Source: Niveispirillum sp. (lineage in GTDB: Bacteria > Pseudomonadota > Alphaproteobacteria > Azospirillales > Azospirillaceae). Taken from it: DNA of 34,241 nt. The stretch is taken from the NCBI GenBank assembly GCA_016463045.1, contig JAEMSB010000001.1, positions 1 to 34,241 on the forward strand, written 5' to 3'. Of this stretch, positions 25,040 through 34,241 are shown one piece after another. The notes under the pieces are model-generated. The model did no database searches and was not told where the DNA came from. It saw only the letters and a list, made by a program, of their open reading frames with translations. The translations under genes and the position numbers were made by a program. The stretch's first letter is position 1, and every line of letters starts with the position of its first letter.

Positions 25040-26745
25040 GGGTTTCGGCGGGACTTGCGCGAACCCGGCAATGGGCTTTTAGGGGCCTGTGTGCCCCCGT
25101 CCGCGGACAAGGAATGGCTATCCTTTGCGATCATTTCGCGGACATACTGCCCCAGCGGGTCACCTTCAGGAACAAAGGCACTGAGCAGTGCCAGCGCCCC
25201 TTCCGCATCGCGATCCAGGCGCCATTTCAACTCTGCCAGGACAGTCGCTGTCTCCGGTGTTCTGGCATGACCTGACGCCTGCATGCGCTCACGCCACTTT
25301 TCGACTGCTGCACGGTCGTCAGGCCGATGCTTCAGCAGCATCCGAACCAGATTGACCTGCCCGATATGATGTTCCTGTTCTGCGGCGGCTGTGAACAGGG
25401 TGATGGCGCGGTCGGGGTCTTCGGGCACTTCCCGGCCCGCTGCATAGGCATGGGCCATGCGGTACTGGCCCGACGCACTGCCCAGCTCGGCAGCGGCATT
25501 ATAGAAAACCATCGCGGCCGACCGGTCCTGTGGCACACCGATACCGTTATAGAGGAAGGCCCCGTAATTGTAGGTGGCGTCGGGATGTCGCTGCTCGGCT
25601 GCCTTCAGCAGATGCTGCGCCGCCAAGGCCTGGTTGACGGGCACACCCTTGCCCAGCAGATGGCATAGGCCCAGTTGGAATCGGGCTTCAGGGTCCTCAT
25701 CCGCCACCTGCTCAAACAAGGTGATGGCCCGGTCATGGTCGACCAGCACGCCCTGACCGGTCTGGTGCGCCTTGGCCAAGGCGGTCGTGGCCCGCGCATA
25801 CCCAGCATCGGACGCGGTCACGTACCAGAGGATGGCTTCCGCTTGATTGGCGATCACTGCCTTACCGGTGGCATGAAGATCGGCCAACAGCACCATGCTT
25901 TCCGTGTCGCCCTTGACGGCACCGCGGCGCAACCAGGTCTCGGCCTGCCCCATATCCACAGGCTCTCCCCCCAGGCCACGCAGATAGATCAGGCCCAGAA
26001 GGCGGATGGCGCCCGTGATGCCGCCATCCGCCGCACGACGCAGCCAGCGTTGCGCCTCCTTCGGGTCCGCCACAACACCGGTTCCCTGCAGGAGACACAC
26101 ACCAAGATGGTAGAAGGCCGTCTTGTTCCCTTGATCCGCCGCCTTCCGGTAAAGCTCGAAGGCATCTTCCGGCCCCTGACCGGGCACTTCACCAGCACTG
26201 ATCAGCCCTGCCAGCCCGATCATGGCGGCAGTACTGCCCTGATCCAGGGCTCGGCCATACCAATCAATGGCCCCAACCACGTCACGTGCCGCCTCATCCT
26301 CTTCACGGCTCAAAAGCCAGGCCAGAAGAACTTGTGCGTCCACATACCCCTGTTCGGCTGCCATCTTCGCCCAATGGCGGGCTTTGCTTCTATCCTTGAC
26401 GAAGGCGGTAGAAGGCTTGCCCTGCCGTAAATTCGTTTCCGGTATGCCCATCGCATAAGCAGCCGCCAGCCGGGCCTGTGCCAGGGGGCGTCCCGCAAGG
26501 GCGGCCTGCTCATACCAGCGCAACGCCGCAGCCGGATCGGGTAGCGTGCCCTGTCCGTGCCAAAGGGCCTCCGCCAGCGCCAATTGGCAATCCGCATCGC
26601 CCGCCCGGGCCGCTTCGTGCCAGATTGCCACGGCCTTGGACAGCTTTCCGCGGGTAGCCGCCCGACAACCCTGCTGATGCGGGGTGCCGAACACTTGGTT
26701 GAGCAACCGAGGCCAGACAGGAGGCGATACAGAAGAGGGTGTCAT
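25027..26745 (-). CDS. SEL1-repeat protein (about 11 repeats)
   Basis: Repeated A..G...A...LG..Y..G.GV..D...A..W...AA units, e.g. AADQGNKTAFYHLGVCLLQGTGVVADPKEAQRWLRRAADGG. Confidence 0.9.
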   Translation of the reverse strand: MTPSSVSPPVWPRLLNQVFGTPHQQGCRAATRGKLSKAVAIWHEAARAGDADCQLALAEALWHGQGTLPDPAAALRWYEQAALAGRPLAQARLAAAYAMGIPETNLRQGKPSTAFVKDRSKARHWAKMAAEQGYVDAQVLLAWLLSREEDEAARDVVGAIDWYGRALDQGSTAAMIGLAGLISAGEVPGQGPEDAFELYRKAADQGNKTAFYHLGVCLLQGTGVVADPKEAQRWLRRAADGGITGAIRLLGLIYLRGLGGEPVDMGQAETWLRRGAVKGDTESMVLLADLHATGKAVIANQAEAILWYVTASDAGYARATTALAKAHQTGQGVLVDHDRAITLFEQVADEDPEARFQLGLCHLLGKGVPVNQALAAQHLLKAAEQRHPDATYNYGAFLYNGIGVPQDRSAAMVFYNAAAELGSASGQYRMAHAYAAGREVPEDPDRAITLFTAAAEQEHHIGQVNLVRMLLKHRPDDRAAVEKWRERMQASGHARTPETATVLAELKWRLDRDAEGALALLSAFVPEGDPLGQYVREMIAKDSHSLSADGGTQAPKSPLPGSRKSRRNPQRP

Positions 26746-26780
26746 TGATAGGGTTCCAGGCAGCAGGGCCAGCTTCTGAT

Positions 26781-28028
26781 CTATCCTGTCGGCGAAGCAT
26801 ACGGAAGCCCGAACTCCCGCTGCAGCATGGTAAGCCAGGCCGGCAATACCGCCCGGTTAAAGTCATAATGGTCGATGACGGTCTGCCGGGCATTATGACG
26901 CATCGCCTGACGCTGACCGGGCGGCATATCCAACGCCATCCCCAGGCCCGCTGCGACCGCAACCGGGTCATGGAACGGGACCAGGATGCCGTTGCGGCCC
27001 TGTTCCACCACTTCCCTGACGGGGGCCGTATCGGACGCAACAAGGCTGACCCCGCAGGCCATGGCCTCCAGCATCGACCAACTGAGGACGAACGGATAGG
27101 TCAGATAAACATGGGCCGATGACAGGCGCATCAGATTGATGAAATCCGCATGCGGGATGGTGCCAAGGAAATGGACGCGGTCCAACGGCAGTTGATCACC
27201 CAGTTCGGCCAGCATCTTCGCCCGCCAGGTGCCCCCATCCGGCGGGGGGGTGCCGTAAGAAACCCCATCCCCGCCGGCAATCACCAGCCGCAGATCGGGG
27301 CGGCTGCGTAACAGATGGACGGCGGCCCGCATCATGATGGGAAAGCCGCGATAGGGTTCCAGATCGCGGGCGATATAGGTGACCAGCGGCATGCCCGGTT
27401 CCAGACGCCGCCCATCCGGCAGGATCAGGGGCTGGGAGGGACCGGGGCTGGCGGTTTGCGTATCAATCCCATCATGGATCACAGACAGTTTGGGGTGCAG
27501 GAACGACGGATGCAGGTCGTGCTGCCAGCGGGTGGGGCTGACCCCCCGGTCAATGGCTGCCATACCCAACAGATGATGGGCATTCAGGCTGCGGACCCGG
27601 GCCAGCATATCCAGATTGACTGGCCCCGGCGGATCGAACCCGACATCCACCCCGACCCCGTGATAATAAAACTCGCAATAGCCGATGATGGGTACGTCCG
27701 GCCACAGATCCTTCAGATAAAGCAGCTCGCCCCAGCCATTATGGCCGATCACCAGATTGGGCCTGTAGCCGGTTTGGGACAGCCGCACACAGGCGGCCAG
27801 CACAGCCTGGCCCCGCCAGATGGCCTGATCCGACTTGATCAGATAGGGGTGCGGGCGGTTATCAGCAGAGACATCCACGCTATAGCGATGCAGGGTCACA
27901 CCCGCCAGCTCGCGCACGGGATCGCTGGCCATCGCATCGACCTGAACCCCCGGCAGACGGGCCAGATACGGGGCCAAATGCAGGAACTGCCCGGGGAACT
28001 GGTTGTGTAGAAACAGTACCTTGTACAT
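26781..28028 (-). CDS. Family 4 glycosyltransferase
   Basis: MYKVLFLHNQFPGQF, GHNGWGE, IHDGIDT, RDLEPYRGF and YLTYPFVLSWSMLEAMACG. Start placed at ATG 28028; the track's extension to 28139 looks non-coding. Confidence 0.92.
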   Translation of the reverse strand: MYKVLFLHNQFPGQFLHLAPYLARLPGVQVDAMASDPVRELAGVTLHRYSVDVSADNRPHPYLIKSDQAIWRGQAVLAACVRLSQTGYRPNLVIGHNGWGELLYLKDLWPDVPIIGYCEFYYHGVGVDVGFDPPGPVNLDMLARVRSLNAHHLLGMAAIDRGVSPTRWQHDLHPSFLHPKLSVIHDGIDTQTASPGPSQPLILPDGRRLEPGMPLVTYIARDLEPYRGFPIMMRAAVHLLRSRPDLRLVIAGGDGVSYGTPPPDGGTWRAKMLAELGDQLPLDRVHFLGTIPHADFINLMRLSSAHVYLTYPFVLSWSMLEAMACGVSLVASDTAPVREVVEQGRNGILVPFHDPVAVAAGLGMALDMPPGQRQAMRHNARQTVIDHYDFNRAVLPAWLTMLQREFGLPYASPTG

Positions 28029-28174
28029 GTGTGTCCATTCACATCCGGCGCTGGCGCGCAAGGTGGCGCACATAAGGGGAGGCCACAAGACACAATTGGT
28101 TTGCACCGTCAGACTATGCCCATATGCTGCCCATCCCATTTATGACTGCCTTTATGTGAAGCGGGAGTAGACCC

Positions 28175-29920
28175 TTGCAGTTCATCTGGCCTGATAAGAC
28201 CAGCGAAGCCATCGCCGGAACCTGCCCGGTCTGCGCCGATGCCGGCCCGCATGCGCCGGTCCTGCTGCTGCCCGAGGTCGGGCCCGGCGGGGCAGATTGG
28301 CAGATCGTGGAATGCCCGAACTGCGCCTCCCGCTTCTCCACCGACCGCGCCGGTGCCGACTACCGGGGTGACGAGGCCCCCGACGTCACCTTCGTCCATT
28401 ACTATATGGAACAGGGTGCAGGCCTGCGCTCCATGCTGGAACCGCTGGGGTTCATGGAACCGGGCCAGGGCCGGATGCTGGAGATCGGGGGTGGCTTCGG
28501 CTTTCCCAGCGATTATGTCCAGACCGTGCTGGGCTGGACCGCCAAGGGCTATGATCCGTCGGGCATGGCCGTGCTGGGCCGGGACTATCTGGGCCTGGAT
28601 ATCACCCGCGATTACTGGACCACCGACACCCCCCTGACAGAGCCGTTCGACGTTGCCTATGCGTCGGAGGTGATCGAGCATATTCCCGAACCGGCCCCCT
28701 TCCTGGCCGCCATGCGTCATGCCGTGGGGGACAAGGGTATCGTCGCCCTGACCACCCCCAATGGCGCCGCCCTTAATCCCGGCACGACGCCGGGCATGCT
28801 GATCCCCATTGCCAGTCCGGGCCTGCATCTGACCCTGTTCAGCGCCAAGGGGCTGGAGATGGCGCTGAATGAAGCAGGGTTCGCCAATGTACGGGTGGAG
28901 GTGCACGGCACCACCCTGCGCGCCCTGGCCGCCAACACCTCCCTGCCGCCGCTGCGCAATCTGGATGATGAACGCTATATAGACTATCTGCGCCGGCGCA
29001 TCGCGACATCGGACATGGTGGCGCCCCTGCTGTCGGGCCTGCGGTACCGGCTTTTGAAGGAGCTGGTAAATGCCGGGCGTAATGATGAGGCCCTGGCGCT
29101 TTATGCAGAAATAGCGGTTTCCATGCGTCTGCGCTTCGGCATCGATATCGAAAAGCCGGAAGGGTTACAGGTTCCGGATGCCGGGATTGATGGACGGGGA
29201 TGGTTGGCCCTGCTGCCGGGAAACATCACGGGCCTGCTGTATTTCCGTGCCGTCCTGGCCAATAATGCAGAGGCTGATGCACGGGCTGCCGCCCTTTATG
29301 CGGGACAGGCTGCCTTGGTCGGGGCCTCGCTGCGGCGTGCGATCCGTCCCCAGGGTATCGAGGATGGCGAGACGGAGCTGCTGTCCATGGCGGCCATCCG
29401 GCTGCATCTCGCGGCATCCATTGGCATCGGGGGCAATGCCGCACCGCTGCTGACAATGATCGAACGGGGAGGCGACGACGGTTTGCTGTTGCCCCTCTCG
29501 TTCAGAAGGCAGTTGCGCCAGGCGGTCATTGACGATCTGCGGGCGACACGGCATCCCAACATCCTGTGGCAGGGTCTGCTGCCCCAGGAACCGGAGACGC
29601 TGGACGAACTGACCTTGCTGCGCCGCATCATTCAGGAGGGCATCCCGCCTTCCATCCCCCCCGCCTTCGCCGCGATCGAGGCGGCAGAGGATACGGCTTC
29701 AGTGCGCGCTGCCTTCTGGTCGATCTGGACCACCCCGCGCGCGGATGAGGCACCGGCGACGATCAGCCACGCCCGAAAGTTGACACTGATTCGGCTTGTT
29801 CTGCTTGGCGCGCATGGCGAGGCAGGGCTGTTATTCACTGCCTGGGGAGATCCATCCCTCGCTGAGGATGCCTCCGTGGCAACCGCGCTGTCCATCGTTG
29901 CCGCAGCAACCCAAGCCTGA
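28175..29920 (+). CDS. Class I SAM-dependent methyltransferase with N-terminal Zn-ribbon and C-terminal helical extension
   Basis: CPVC...CPNC, LEIGGGFG, GYDPS, SEVIEHIP and LTTPN. TTG start after a GGGAG RBS. Confidence 0.85.
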   Translation: MQFIWPDKTSEAIAGTCPVCADAGPHAPVLLLPEVGPGGADWQIVECPNCASRFSTDRAGADYRGDEAPDVTFVHYYMEQGAGLRSMLEPLGFMEPGQGRMLEIGGGFGFPSDYVQTVLGWTAKGYDPSGMAVLGRDYLGLDITRDYWTTDTPLTEPFDVAYASEVIEHIPEPAPFLAAMRHAVGDKGIVALTTPNGAALNPGTTPGMLIPIASPGLHLTLFSAKGLEMALNEAGFANVRVEVHGTTLRALAANTSLPPLRNLDDERYIDYLRRRIATSDMVAPLLSGLRYRLLKELVNAGRNDEALALYAEIAVSMRLRFGIDIEKPEGLQVPDAGIDGRGWLALLPGNITGLLYFRAVLANNAEADARAAALYAGQAALVGASLRRAIRPQGIEDGETELLSMAAIRLHLAASIGIGGNAAPLLTMIERGGDDGLLLPLSFRRQLRQAVIDDLRATRHPNILWQGLLPQEPETLDELTLLRRIIQEGIPPSIPPAFAAIEAAEDTASVRAAFWSIWTTPRADEAPATISHARKLTLIRLVLLGAHGEAGLLFTAWGDPSLAEDASVATALSIVAAATQA

Positions 29921-30110
29921 GCGCCGGTTCTACCATGGCCCGTCAAGGTCATAGTCCATACGACATATGTGCTGCGCCTGCTAAGCGCATTGCCCATTCA
30001 GGCCGAGAATGCTACAACTTGAAAGAGTTTGTATCCTAAATGGCTGGGCACTCTGCCCTGAAGTTCTGTTCCGGGTAGCCGGATTTAAGAGATAAGCACG
30101 GGGGTTGGTG

Positions 30111-31019
30111 ATGGCAACGATATCTGGCGGTCAAACGATTGCGACAGTGGGCACGACCGCAGAAGAGAATAATCAGCTTAGCAATCTGCTGCAGACGACC
30201 TTCTCCAACGTGACCTCTATCACGAGCACGGAAGTCGTCCCGACGAGCGCCAACACCGTCACCCTCCCCACACCCACCCTGCTTGGTACCTTCGAGGCTA
30301 CCAGCATTGTCACTCAGGCGGTTTCCGCGTCGTCCGCCGGTGGCGTGGCTGTTGTCAATACAGATAAAAGCGGTTCAAGCAGCGGTAACAGCCTCACCAA
30401 TTTGATTGTTGATAGTAATGCGGGTGCCGTTATCTTCTCCGGCTCCGGCAATGCCAACACGGTGACGGGCATGGTCCTTCCGACGGGCGGCACGACCAGC
30501 CTGATCGTCGGCAATGCCGGTTCTCAGATCGTTGACGGCAGCCGGTCAACGGTGAATACAACCATCTTCACCGGTACCGGTAATGACACGGTCGTTACTG
30601 GCAGCGGCAGTGACTCAATCAAAATTGGTGATATTGGCATCGCCAACGGCGGTGCCGGTGCGGATACGCTGATTGGCGGCACGGGCACGGCGACCCTGGG
30701 CGGTGGCTTGGGCGCCGACAGCATCGTGGCCGCCACGGGCGGCGGCGTTATCATCGGTGAGGTCGGCAACGACAGCTTGGTCGCCGGTGCTGGCAAGGAT
30801 GTGTTCGTCTATCGCACAGGTGACGGTAACGACGCCATCACTGGCTTCAACCCGGCTGCCGATACGCTGGCCCTCGCCATCTCTGGCGTTGATCTCACCA
30901 GCATCATCAGCAACGCAACCGTGTCGGGTGGCAACACCATCATCACCATGCCGGACGGTTCGACCATCACGCTGGCCGGCGTCACGGGGATCAATGTCAA
31001 CTGGTTCACCATCAAGTAA
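30111..31019 (+). CDS. Small Thr/Ser/Gly-rich protein with RTX-type Ca-binding repeats; candidate type I-secreted surface or S-layer protein
   Basis: Nonapeptides TGTGNDTVV, TGSGSDSIK, GGAGADTLI, GGLGADSIV, GEVGNDSLV, AGAGKDVFV and TGDGNDAIT. The C-terminus TIITMPDGSTITLAGV....WF resembles T1SS substrate tails. No Sec signal peptide, no Cys, no His. Confidence 0.85.
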   Translation: MATISGGQTIATVGTTAEENNQLSNLLQTTFSNVTSITSTEVVPTSANTVTLPTPTLLGTFEATSIVTQAVSASSAGGVAVVNTDKSGSSSGNSLTNLIVDSNAGAVIFSGSGNANTVTGMVLPTGGTTSLIVGNAGSQIVDGSRSTVNTTIFTGTGNDTVVTGSGSDSIKIGDIGIANGGAGADTLIGGTGTATLGGGLGADSIVAATGGGVIIGEVGNDSLVAGAGKDVFVYRTGDGNDAITGFNPAADTLALAISGVDLTSIISNATVSGGNTIITMPDGSTITLAGVTGINVNWFTIK

Positions 31020-31042
31020 GTGCGCTTGATGATCGGATGATG

Positions 31043-31075
31043 GAGATGGCGGACTTTTGTCCGCCATTTCTTTTT
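31043..31075 (+). terminator. Intrinsic terminator of the RTX-repeat gene
   Basis: GAGATGGCGGAC-TTTT-GTCCGCCATTTC followed by TTTTT: a 12-bp stem with one G-U pair. Confidence 0.85.
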
Positions 31076-31109
31076 GTTACGTTCACTTCTCTTTGATCAG
31101 GCCCAGGCC

Positions 31110-31904
31110 ATGATGGACATGTCGATGACAAACAGTCTGGCACCGGTTCAGGACCGTGCTTCAGGGTCGGACCGGTTCCGGTCATCGGCACAGGTTCTTC
31201 CCCTGCCCGAGGGGCTTTATCTGGCCTCCGTAAAACCTTCGGGACAGCCGCTCCGCATCGTGAATGGTGTCGGCTTTCCGGCCGTGCAGATTTCCTCAAT
31301 TCCGCAGCCGGGCACCCTGGCGCCTGCCTTCCTGACTAAGGGGGAACTGGCCCCTGTCGTCTGGCTGAGCGGTGTGGAAGAGGCTGTGATCACCGTCCCG
31401 GCCGGTGCCTCCCCCCTGCTGATCACCAATTATCTCTATGGGTCGGAATTGCAGAAATGCCCGGACCTGGAGATCAAGCGGCTGAACCGTGTTTCCACCG
31501 TTCCGGCGGTGGGGCTGAATATCCATGTCCATATCCAGCAATTGGGCGAACGGGCCTTCAACGCCGGCGAATGGGCCGCCTCGGACGAGCCTTTCTGGAT
31601 CGAGGCGCTGCGGGTGGAGGCGACCCCGACCGTGGGCCAGCTTCTGCAATATCATGTTCCCGGTGCCAGCTCCTCTGATGGACATTGGACCCCCGTACCC
31701 GGCCGTCTGGGTACCCCTGGTGGACCTCCGCTGGCCGGGATCGCCTTCCGGCTGCTGTCCCCCCTGGCGAACAGCCACCGTGTCGTCTATGCGGCGCGGT
31801 TCCTGCGCCATGGCGAAATCACGGGGACCGATGGGGAACCCTGCCGGTCGCCGCAGGCACAGGATCCGATGATCGCTGTCCGGGTTGCCATTGTCCCGCG
31901 CTGA
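31110..31904 (+). CDS. Hypothetical protein with a C-terminal ChW (clostridial hydrophobic-W)-like region
   Basis: IHVHIQQLGE....GEWA......IEALRV, LQYHV......WT......GT.G..PLAGIAFRL and VVYAARF resemble ChW repeats (consensus Y..HVQ.IGW.....G..AGT.G...RLEA). The track's TTG at 31074 lies within the terminator, so one of the ATGs at 31110-31125 is preferred. Confidence 0.6.
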   Translation: MMDMSMTNSLAPVQDRASGSDRFRSSAQVLPLPEGLYLASVKPSGQPLRIVNGVGFPAVQISSIPQPGTLAPAFLTKGELAPVVWLSGVEEAVITVPAGASPLLITNYLYGSELQKCPDLEIKRLNRVSTVPAVGLNIHVHIQQLGERAFNAGEWAASDEPFWIEALRVEATPTVGQLLQYHVPGASSSDGHWTPVPGRLGTPGGPPLAGIAFRLLSPLANSHRVVYAARFLRHGEITGTDGEPCRSPQAQDPMIAVRVAIVPR

Positions 31905-34241
31905 GCCCCGCACTGACGATTCTCAACCCTCTCCCGATCCGGCTTCCGCGCTATCGGGTCGGCTTTTGTTGCGGTCCCAGTTTTTCAAGGCGCTGGCAGA
32001 TCGGGATCATGAACGGGCCATATTGCTGGCCATCCGTCTGGCACGGCTGGAACCGGTGCATCCCGATGACCTGGCCGTTGCGGCCACGGCCTGGCATCTG
32101 CGTGGTGACCGTCAACAAACAATGGCCCTGCTGTTAGAGGCGTTGCGTCTGGATCCACTGCATGGCGTGGCGGCAAAGGGGTTGGCGGCGCAAGGCCCGC
32201 CCCTGTCCGCCGACATCATGCGGGCCTTGCTATGGCATGCTGAAACCGATCCGGATGCAGCACAGGCCCTGATTAAGCATGCGCTGTCGGCTGGCCAACC
32301 CTTGGCCTATGTGACGGGCCGGTGCATCCACTGCGTGGTACCGCCCGGCACCTGGGAACTGAGCGTGCGCTGGCGACAAATAGTGCTGGTGCAATCCCGG
32401 ATGGCGGCGTCTGATCAGGCCCGGCTGGTCGCGCTGCCGATCCCGGATGGCTTGCGCGGGATTGTCGATCCGGTCGTATCGGCAAACGGGGTAGACTTGG
32501 CATCGGGCCCGATTGATGCGTCATGGTTGTCGGCCCCGCGTCTGACCGCCATTGTCGAACCCGGTGATAAGGCCCGCTGGATGGTGCAGGCGATGGACCT
32601 TGCCTGTCCGTCCCGGCCTGTCGCCCTGCTGTTGCGGGACGGGGACCGGGTGCTGTCGCGGCATATCATCTCCCCTCGCCCCACGGGTGGTCCCGCGCTG
32701 GGCGCTGTGGCGACCAAGGTCGCGGATGTGCCTGCCCTTGCCATTGATCCGCCCGCGGATGCCGTTTGCCCTGGCCTGTTCTTTGAACTGACGGGGGAAC
32801 CAGTCACGGTTCCTAGGGTCGCCGGCCCCGATGATGGCATTGTCGATGTTGTGGTGCCGGTCTATGGCGACCTTGAGGCGACAAAGGCCTGTTTCAACGC
32901 CCTGCTGACCCGATCCCCCGGAACAGCCATGCGGGTCGTGGCCATTGATGATGCCAGCCCTGACGAGCGGATCAGCAGGCTTCTGGATGGGCTGGCCGCC
33001 GCCGGAAAACTTGTCCTGATCCGCAATCCCGGCAATCTGGGCTTCGTGCGGTCGGTCAATATCGGCATGGCCCGACATCCGGGGCGCGATGTCGTGCTGC
33101 TGAACGCAGATACTGTGGTCAGTGACGGCTGGCTGGGTCGGCTACGGACCGCCGCATACCAGGCGGCGGACACCGGCACCGTCACGCCCTGGTCGAACGA
33201 TGCCACCATCTGTTCCTATCCGGCTGCCAATGCGCCAACCGCCCTGGCGGGCGTCGATATCGATGCGCTGAACCGGCTGGCAGGCGAATATCTGGCCGGG
33301 CAGACGCTGGACATTCCGACGGCGGTCGGCTTCTGCATGTATATAAGGCGGGACTGTCTGGCACAGGTCGGCTGGTTCGACGCCGACGCCTTCGGCACCG
33401 GCTATGGCGAAGAGAATGATTTCTGCTTACGGGCCGCCGCCACCGGCTGGATGCACCGTATGGCCCTGGATCTGTTCGTCGGCCATGTGGGCAGCGCCTC
33501 CTTCAGCACGGCCAAGCAGGCCCGGATCGATGCCGCCCTGGCCGTCCTGGAACAGCGCTACCCAGGATATCAGGCTGATATCCACGCCTTTATTGCTGCC
33601 GATCCCCTGCGTCTGGCGCGCCGGCGGCTGGATTTGGCGCAGCTGGAGGGCCAAGGGTCCCCGCGCCCGGCCCTGATCATCTGTGCGCGGTTGGGCGGGG
33701 GAACGGATCGCTTTATCGACCGGCTGGTTGAGGATAGGGGCAATGGCGGACAGGATGTGCTGATCCTGCGCCCTGAGCAGCCGGAGGCCGGGCGTCCGAC
33801 GCTGCGACTGGAGGCCCCGGATGCGCCGCATCTGACCAATCTGATTTATGACGCCGGGACGGAACTGGACGCTTTGCGGGCTGATCTGCGGCACCTGGGC
33901 GTGACCGGTGCTGAACTGCATCATCCCGCACAATTGTCGGGCGATTTATTGTCGCGGCTGGCCGGCTGGTTCCCCTACCGGGCCCATATCCATGATTTTG
34001 GCTGGATATGCCCCCGCATCAACCTGCTGGATGGCGATTGGAACTATTGTGGGGAGCCGGAGACGGCCATGTGTGAGACCTGTGTCGCAACACATGGCGA
34101 TCTGCTGGGTATCGACCGGTCGGTGACCGCTTGGCGCGACCTGACACAACAGATATTGCAAGGGGCCGTAGCCGTCGGCTGCTCCAGCCACGATACGGCC
34201 AACCGCATGCGGCGCTATGTGCCCGCAGCCCACTTCCAGAT
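31891..34241 (+). CDS. Glycosyltransferase, GT2 domain followed by a GT-B-like domain; 3'-truncated by the window end
   Basis: Not in the ORF track. Frame +1 is open after the TGA at 31870-31872. It reads VDVVVPVYGD (~32842), AIDDASPD, NLGFVRSVN, DVVLLNADT, GFCMYIRR and GYGEENDFCLRA, then GGGTDR and HDFGWICPRINL...CETC. A TPR-like helical N-terminus precedes these. The TTG start at 31891 is tentative. Confidence 0.88.
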   Translation, partial: MSRAEPRTDDSQPSPDPASALSGRLLLRSQFFKALADRDHERAILLAIRLARLEPVHPDDLAVAATAWHLRGDRQQTMALLLEALRLDPLHGVAAKGLAAQGPPLSADIMRALLWHAETDPDAAQALIKHALSAGQPLAYVTGRCIHCVVPPGTWELSVRWRQIVLVQSRMAASDQARLVALPIPDGLRGIVDPVVSANGVDLASGPIDASWLSAPRLTAIVEPGDKARWMVQAMDLACPSRPVALLLRDGDRVLSRHIISPRPTGGPALGAVATKVADVPALAIDPPADAVCPGLFFELTGEPVTVPRVAGPDDGIVDVVVPVYGDLEATKACFNALLTRSPGTAMRVVAIDDASPDERISRLLDGLAAAGKLVLIRNPGNLGFVRSVNIGMARHPGRDVVLLNADTVVSDGWLGRLRTAAYQAADTGTVTPWSNDATICSYPAANAPTALAGVDIDALNRLAGEYLAGQTLDIPTAVGFCMYIRRDCLAQVGWFDADAFGTGYGEENDFCLRAAATGWMHRMALDLFVGHVGSASFSTAKQARIDAALAVLEQRYPGYQADIHAFIAADPLRLARRRLDLAQLEGQGSPRPALIICARLGGGTDRFIDRLVEDRGNGGQDVLILRPEQPEAGRPTLRLEAPDAPHLTNLIYDAGTELDALRADLRHLGVTGAELHHPAQLSGDLLSRLAGWFPYRAHIHDFGWICPRINLLDGDWNYCGEPETAMCETCVATHGDLLGIDRSVTAWRDLTQQILQGAVAVGCSSHDTANRMRRYVPAAHFQ

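Noticed and set aside
31905-34241. Apparent gene-poor or pseudogene region in the ORF track
   Set aside because: Frame +1 is open to the window end and encodes a GT2/GT-B protein; the track missed it because its stop codon is outside the window.

Overview
High-GC bacterial DNA, probably from an alphaproteobacterium (Rhodospirillales/Azospirillaceae-like; inferred from gene content, not proven). It carries a large surface-glycan or protein-glycosylation and tailoring locus. Gene content: the 5' end of UDP-glucose 6-dehydrogenase, a UDP-glucuronate 4-epimerase, an intact AsnB-type amidotransferase plus a catalytically degenerate AsnB paralogue, five glycosyltransferases (GT2/GT4) plus one degenerate GT-like protein, three class I SAM methyltransferases, a radical SAM/SPASM enzyme, a transglutaminase-like protein, TPR and SEL1-repeat proteins, a ChW-like protein, and a small Thr/Ser/Gly-rich RTX-repeat protein with its own terminator (candidate S-layer or glycosylation acceptor). 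The most striking signal is a ~90-aa domain I cannot assign to a named family (core L.E[DN]G..LGP.H..H..IR..G.G.[FY]SHW...L.FS.SD..[DN]P..NGR.Y). It occurs 8 times in 5 neighbouring proteins spanning four unrelated catalytic classes: 2 methyltransferases, the transglutaminase-like protein, the radical SAM enzyme (4 copies) and a GT4. A second, ~40-aa repeat (FDE.xY...YPD[IV]A.....G...S...HY...G..EGR) tags two other glycan proteins. An orphan 3-gene phage-fibre-like cassette sits inside the locus. No rRNA, tRNA, CRISPR array, transposase or integrase was seen.
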